Origin: Eledone cirrhosa
Taxonomy: Eukaryota
Direction of reading: 5' to 3'
DNA length: 64,000 nt
Assembly (NCBI GenBank): GCA_964016885.1
Contig: OZ024743.1
Coordinates: forward strand, 361,770,001 to 361,834,000
The position numbers and the translations under genes were made by a program. Below are positions 56,901-64,000 of this stretch, in pieces; the stretch's first letter is position 1, and the number at the start of each line of letters is the position of its first letter. The notes under the pieces are model-generated. The model saw only the letters and a program-made list of their open reading frames with translations. It ran no database searches and had not been told where the DNA came from.

Positions 56901-58977
56901 GCACACAGTGGAAACAATTATTATAACTAGTACAGCTGACAGTGGAAACAATTGTTTTAACTAGTACAGCACAGAGTGCAAACAATTGTTATAATTAGTA
57001 CAGCACACAGTGGAAACAATTGTTATAACTAGTACAGCACACAGTGGAAAAAATTGTTATAACTAGTACAGCACACAGTGCAAACAATTTTTATGACTAG
57101 TACAGCACACAGTGCAAACAATTGTTATAATTAGTACAGCACACAGTGGAAACAATTGTTTTAGCTAGTACAGCTCACAGTGGAAACAATTGTTATGACT
57201 AGTACAGCTCACAGTGGAAACAATTGTTATAACTAGTACAGCACACAGTGGAAACAATTGTTATAACTAGTACAGCAAACAGTGGAAACAATTGTTATAA
57301 CTAGCACATCACACAGGGGAAACAATCGTTATAATTAGTAAAGCACACAGTGGAAACAATTGTTATAACTAGTACAGCACACAGTGGAAACAATTGTTAT
57401 AACTAGTACAGCACACAGTGGAAACAATTGTTATAACTAGTACAGCACACAGTGGAAACAATTGTTATAGCTAGTACAGCACACAGTGCAAACAATTGTT
57501 ATAACTGGTACAGCTCACAGTGGAAACAATTGTTATAACTAGTACAGCACACAGTGGAAACAATTGTTATAACTAGTACAGCTGACAGTGGAAACAATTG
57601 TCATAACTAGTACAGCACACAGTGGAAACAATTGTTATAACTAGTACAGCACACAGTGGAAACAATTGTTATAACTAGTACAGCACACAGTGGAAACAAT
57701 TGTTATCACTAGTACAGCTCACAGTGGAAACAATTGTTATAACTAGTACAGCTGACAGTGGAAACAATTGTTATAACTAGTACAGCTGACAGTGGAAACA
57801 ATTGTTATAACTAGTACAGCACACAGTGGAAACAATTGTTATAACTAGTACAGCACACAGTGGAAACAATTGTTATAACTAGTACAGCACACAGTGGAAA
57901 CAATTGTTATAACTAGTACAGCTGACAGAGGAAACAATTGTTATAACTAGTACAGATGACAGTGGAAACAATTGTTATAAATAGTACAGCTGACAGTGGA
58001 AACAATTGTTATAACTGGTACAGCACACAGTGGAAACAATTGTTATAACTAGTACAGCTGACAGTGGAAACATTTGTTATAACTAGTACAGCTGACAGTG
58101 GAAACAATTGTTATAACTGGTACAGCTGACAGTGGAAACAATTGTTATAACTAGTACAGCACACAGTGGAAACAATTATTATAACTAGTACAGCTGACAG
58201 TGGAAACAATTGTTTTAAATAGTACAGCACAGAGTGCAAACAATTGTTATAATTAGTACAGCACACAGTGGAAACAATTGTTATAACTAGTACAGCACAC
58301 AGTGGAAACAATTGTTATAACTAGTACAGCTCACGTTGGAAACAATTGTTATAATTAGTACAGCACACAATGGAAACAATTGTTATAACTAGTACAGCTG
58401 ACAGTGGAAACAATTGTTATAACTAGTACAGCTGACAGTGGAAACAATTGTTATAACTAGTACAGCACACAATGGAAACAATTGTTATAACTAGTACAGC
58501 TGACAGTGGAAACATTTGTTATAACTAGTACAGCTCACAGTGCAAACAATTGTTATAACTAGTACAGCACACAGTGGAAACAATTGTTATAACTAGTACA
58601 GCAAAACAGTGGAAACAATTGTTATAACTAGTACAGCACACAGGGGAAACAATTGTTATAACTAGTACAGGACACAGTGGAAACAATTGTTATAACTAGT
58701 ACAGCACACAGTGGAAACAATTGTTATAACTAGTACAGCTGACAGAGGAAACAATTGTTATAACTAGTACAGATGACAGTGGAAACAATTGTTATAAATA
58801 GTACAGCTGACAGTGGAAACAATTGTTATAACTGGTACAGCACACAGTGGAAACAATTGTTATAACTAGTACAGCTGACAGTGGAAACAATTGTTATAAC
58901 TAGTACAGCACACAGTGGAAACAATTGTTATAACTAGTACAGCACACAGTGCAAACAATTGTTATAACTAGTACAGC
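32972..58977 (+). repeat. Second copy of macro-unit A, expanded by a 7250-bp and a 715-bp internal duplication
   Basis: The offset to the first copy is 18007/18008 up to ~40022. The sequence then jumps back 7250 bp (variant A of CAGAGG 32773/40023; TTCTT 33633/40883) and later 715 bp (TACC 41808/42523). The offset is then 25972/3 until divergence at ~33005/58978. Confidence 0.87.
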
Positions 58978-61900
58978 TCACAGTGCAAATAATTGTTATA
59001 ACTAGTACAGCTCACAGTGGAAACAATTGTTATAACTAGTACAGCTGACAGTGGAAACAATTGTTATAACTAGTACAGCACACAGTGGAAACAATTGTTA
59101 TAACTAGTACAGCACACAGTGCAAACAATTGTTATAACTAGTACAGCTCACAGTGCAAACAATTGTTATAACTAGTACAGATCACAGTGGAAACAATTGT
59201 TATAACTAGTACAGCTGACAGTGGAAACATTTGTTATAACTAGTACAGCTCACAGTGCAAACAATTGTTATAACTAGTACAGCACACAGTGGAAACAATT
59301 GTTATAACTAGTACAGCAAAACAGTGGAAACAATTGTTATAACTAGTACAGCACACAGGGGAAACAATTGTTATAACTAGTACAGGACACAGTGGAAACA
59401 ATTGTTATAACTAGTACAGCACACAGTGGAAACAATTGTTATAACTAGTACAGCTCACAGTGCAAACAATTGTTATAACTAGTACAGCACACAGTGGAAA
59501 CAATTGTTATAACTAGTACAGCACACAGTGGAAACAATTGTTATAACTAGTACAGCACACAGGGGAAACAATTGTTATAACTAGTACAGCACACAGTGGA
59601 AACAATTGTTACAACTAGTAAAGCACATAGTGGAAACAATTGTTATAACTAGTACAGCACATAGTGGAAACAATTGTTATAACTAGTACAGATCACAGTG
59701 GAAACAATTGTTATAACTAGTACAGCACACAGTGCAAACAATTGTTATAACTGGTACAGCTCACAGTGGAAACAATTGTTATAACTAGTACAGCACACAG
59801 TGGAAACAATTGTTATAACTAGTACAGCTGACAGTGGAAACAATTGTTATAACTAGTACAGCACACAGTGGAAACAATTGTTATAACTAGTACAGCTCAC
59901 AGTGGAAACAATTGTTATAACTAGTACAGCTCACAGTGGAAACAATTGTTATAAGTAGTACCGCACACAGTGGAAATAATTGTTATAACTAGTACAGCTG
60001 ACAGTGGAAACAATTGTTATAACTAGTACAGCTGACAGTGGAAACAATTGTTATAACTAGTACAGCACACAGTGGAAACAATTGTTATAACTAGTACAGC
60101 ACACAGTGGAAACAATTGTTATAACTAGTACAGCACACAGTGGAAACAATTGTTATAACTAGTACAGCTGACAGTGGAAACAATTGTTATAACTAGTACA
60201 GCTGACAGTGGAAACAATTGTTATAACTAGTACAGCACACAATGGAAACAAATTGTTATAACTAGTACAGCTCACAGTGCAAACAATTGTTATAACTAGT
60301 ACAGCACACAGTGGAAACAATTGTTATAACTAGTACAGCTCACAGTGCAAACAATTGTTATAACTAGTACAGCACACAGTGGAAACAATTGTTATAACTA
60401 GTACAGCCACACAGTGGAAACAATTGTTATAACTAGTACAGCACACAGTGCAAACAATTGTTATAACTAGTACAGCTCACAGTGCAAACAATTGTTATAA
60501 CTAGTACAGATCACAGTGGAAACAATTGTTATAACTAGTACAGCTGACAGTGGAAACATTTGTTATAACTAGTACAGCTGACAGTGGAAACAATTGTTAT
60601 AACTGGTACAGCTGACAGTGGAAACAATTGTTATAACTAGTACAGCACACAGTGGAAACAATTATTATAACTAGTACAGCTGACAGTGGAAACAATTGTT
60701 TTAACTAGTACAGCACAGAGTGCAAACAATTGTTATAATTAGTACAGCACACAGTGGAAACAATTGTTATAACTAGTACAGCACACAGTGGAAAAAATTG
60801 TTATAACTAGTACAGCACACAGTGCAAACAATTTTTATGACTAGTACAGCTCACAGTGGAAATAATTGTTATAACTAGTACAGCTGACAGTGCAAACAAT
60901 TGTTATAATTAGTACAGCACACAGTGGAAACAATTGTTTTAGCTAGTACAGCTCACAGTGGAAACAATTGTTATAACTAGTACAGCACACCGTGGAAACA
61001 ATTATTATAACTAGTACAGCTGACAGTGGAAACAATTGTTTTAACTAGTACAGCACAGAGTGCAAACAATTGTTATAATTAGTACAGCACACAGTGGAAA
61101 CAATTGTTATAACTAGTACAGCACACAGTGGAAAAAATTGTTATAACTAGTACAGCACACAGTGCAAACAATTTTTATGACTAGTACAGCACACAGTGCA
61201 AACAATTGTTATAATTAGTACAGCACACAGTGCAAACAATTGTTATAACTAGTACAGCTCACAGTGGAAACAATTGTTATGACTAGTACAGCTCACAGTG
61301 GAAACAATTGTTATAACTAGTACAGCACACAGTGGAAACAATTGTTATAACTAGTACAGCAAACAGTGGAAACAATTGTTATAACTAGCACATCACACAG
61401 GGGAAACAATTGTTATAATTAGTAAAGCACACAGTGGAAACAATTGTTATAACTAGTACAGCACACAGTGGAAACAATTGTTATAACTAGTACAGCACAC
61501 AGTGGAAACAATTGTTATAACTAGTACAGCACACAGTGGAAACAATTGTTATAGCTAGTACAGCACACAGTGCAAACAATTGTTATAACTGGTACAGCTC
61601 ACAGTGGAAACAATTGTTATAACTAGTACAGCACACAGTGGAAACAATTGTTATAACTAGTACAGCTGACAGTGGAAACAATTGTCATAACTAGTACAGC
61701 ACACAGTGGAAACAATTGTTATAACTAGTACAGCACACAGTGGAAACAATTGTTATAACTAGTACAGCACACAGTGGAAACAATTGTTATCACTAGTACA
61801 GCTCACAGTGGAAACAATTGTTATAACTAGTACAGCTGACAGTGGAAACAATTGTTATAACTAGTACAGCTGACAGTGGAAACAATTGTTATAACTAGTA

Positions 61901-64000
61901 CAGCACACAGTGGAAACAATTGTTATAACTAGTACAGCACACAGTGGAAACAATTGTTATAACTAGTACAGCACACAGTGGAAACAATTGTTATAACTAG
62001 TACAGCTGACAGAGGAAACAATTGTTATAACTAGTACAGATGACAGTGGAAACAATTGTTATAAATAGTACAGCTGACAGTGGAAACAATTGTTATAACT
62101 GGTACAGCACACAGTGGAAACAATTGTTATAACTAGTACAGCTGACAGTGGAAACAATTGTTATAACTAGTACAGCACACAGTGGAAACAATTGTTATAA
62201 CTAGTACAGCACACAGTGCAAACAATTGTTATAACTAGTACAGCTCACAGTGCAAATAATTGTTATAACTAGTACAGCTCACAGTGGAAACAATTGTTAT
62301 AACTAGTACAGCTGACGGTGGAAACAATTGTTATAACTAGTACAGCACACAGTGGAAACAATTGTTATAACTAGTACAGCACACAGTGCAAACAATTGTT
62401 ATAACTAGTACAGCTCACAGTGCAAACAATTGTTATAACTAGTACAGATCACAGTGGAAACAATTGTTATAACTAGTACAGCTGACAGTGGAAACATTTG
62501 TTATAACTAGTACAGCTGACAGTGGAAACAATTGTTATAACTAGTACAGCTGACAGTGGAAACAATTGTTATAACTAGTACAGCACACAGTGGAAACAAT
62601 TATGATAACTAGTACAGCTGACAGTGGAAACAATTGTTTTAACTAGTACAGCACACAGTGGAAACAATTGTTATAACTAGTACAGCACACAGTGCAAACA
62701 ATTGTTATAACTAGTACAGCTCACAGTGCAAACAATTGTTGTAACTAGTACAGCTCACAGTGGAAACAATTGTTATAACTAGTACAGCTGACAGTGGAAA
62801 CAATTGTTATAAGTAGTACAGCACACAGTGCAAACAATTTTTATAACTAGTACAGCACACAGTGCAAACAATTGTTATAACTAGCACAGCACACAGTGGA
62901 AACAATTGTTATAACTAGTACAGCACACAGTGGAAACAATTGTTATAACTAGTACAGCTCACAGTGGAAACAATTGTTATAACTAGTACAGCTGACAGTG
63001 GAAACAATTGTTATAACTAGTACAGCACACAGTGGAAACAATTGTTATAACTAGTACAGTCTACAGTGCAAACAATTGTTATAACTAGTACAGCTCACAG
63101 TGCAAATAATTGTTATAACTAGTACAGCTCACAGTGGAAACAATTGTTATAACTAGTACAGCTGACAGTGGAAACAATTGTTATAACTAGTACAGCACAC
63201 AGTGGAAATAATTGTTATAACTAGTACAGCACACAGTGCAAACAATTGTTATAACTAGTACAGCTCACAGTGCAAACAATTGTTATAACTAGTACAGATC
63301 ACAGTGGAAACAATTGTTATAACTAGTACCGCTGACAGTGGAAACAATTGTTATAACTAGTACAGCTGACAGTGGAAACAATTGTTATAACTAGTACAGC
63401 TGACAGTGTAAACAATTGTTATAACTAGTACAGCACACATTGGAAACAATTGTTATAACTAGTACAGCTGACAGTGGAAACAATTGTTTTAACTAGTACA
63501 GCACACATTGGAAACAATTGTTATAGCTAGTACAGCACACAGTGCAAACAATTGTTATAACTAGTACAGCTCACAGTGGAAACAATTGTTATAACTAGTA
63601 CAGCTCACAGTGGAAACAATTGTTATAACTAGTACAGCACACAGTGCAAACAATTTTTATAACTAGTACAGCACACAGTGCAAACAGTTGTTATAACTAG
63701 CACAGCACACAGTGGAAACAATTGTTATAACTAGTACAGCTCACAGTGGAAACAATTGTTATAACTAGTACAGCACACAGTGCAAACAATTGTTATAACT
63801 AGTACAGCTCACAGTGGAAACAATTGTTATAACTAGTACAGCACACAGTGCAAACAATTGTTATAACTAGTACAGCTCACAGTGGAAACAATTGTTATAA
63901 CTAGTACAGTACACAGTGGAAATAATTGTTATAACTAGTACAGCACACAGTGGAAACAATTCTTACAACTAGTAAAGCACACAGTGGAAACAATTGTTAT
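58978..64000 (+). repeat. Right flank: mosaic of blocks related to the 10-14.5 kb region
   Basis: CCGCACACAGTGGAAATAATT at 12239/59961. GTCTAC at 13024/63059 and GTACCGCTG at 13291/63326 (both offset 50035). TTGTCATAA near 10695, 31627, 57600 and 61684. Confidence 0.78.

Larger units (their letters stand above)
1..64000 (+). repeat. 34-bp tandem satellite array, about 1,880 head-to-tail monomers, consensus TGGAAACAATTGTTATAACTAGTACAGC(A/T)(C/G)ACAG; extends beyond both window edges
   Basis: AAACAATTGTT recurs at 4, 38, 72 and so on (period 34) through the whole window. I saw no spacer, inversion or foreign insertion. Occasional 35-bp monomers and one 33-bp monomer (~2725) occur. Confidence 0.99.

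Noticed and set aside
58111-58311. Second identical 66-aa ORF
   Set aside because: It is a copy of the first produced by the 25,973-bp-offset duplication, useful only as a duplication marker.
1-64000. CRISPR array (repeat of CRISPR-like length, palindromic, containing GAAAC)
   Set aside because: Monomers abut directly with no unique spacers, and there is no leader or cas gene in 64 kb.
1-64000. Synthetic polylinker concatemer or ab initio polymerase/amplification artefact (MfeI, PsiI, SpeI, RsaI and PvuII sites in series)
   Set aside because: The restriction sites follow simply from the palindromes. Heritable variants, multi-level duplications of different ages and a single orientation fit a genomic satellite better, although read-level confirmation is still needed.
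1-64000. Telomerase-type telomeric repeat
   Set aside because: There is no G-rich strand (6 G and 6 C in the AC-type monomer). Variants propagate in multi-kb blocks, which points to recombination or replication-based amplification rather than copying from one RNA template.

Overview
The whole window is one uninterrupted, single-orientation, head-to-tail satellite array of a 34-bp monomer, consensus TGGAAACAATTGTTATAACTAGTACAGC(A/T)(C/G)ACAG. It is about 35% GC with about 1,880 copies (64000/34). I see no genes, RNA genes, transposon insertions, CRISPR spacers or unique sequence, and both array ends lie outside the window. The two identical 66-aa ORFs are by-products of the repeat. The information lies in rare monomer variants, which trace nested tandem duplications with offsets of 137, 170, 442, 715, 1225, 2078, 2417, ~3739, 7250, 7727, 18007 and 25972/3 bp (18007+7250+715=25972). 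A young, nearly identical core (~15-59 kb) sits between more heterogeneous flanks that are related to each other. The monomer is a chain of overlapping palindromes and carries the RAG/Transib heptamer CACAGTG, and one recurrent 35-bp variant resembles a 23-RSS. Offsets were read by eye from marker variants, so block boundaries are approximate (about 1-2 monomers). I cannot identify the organism or a named satellite family, and I found no evidence of a protein-coding system.
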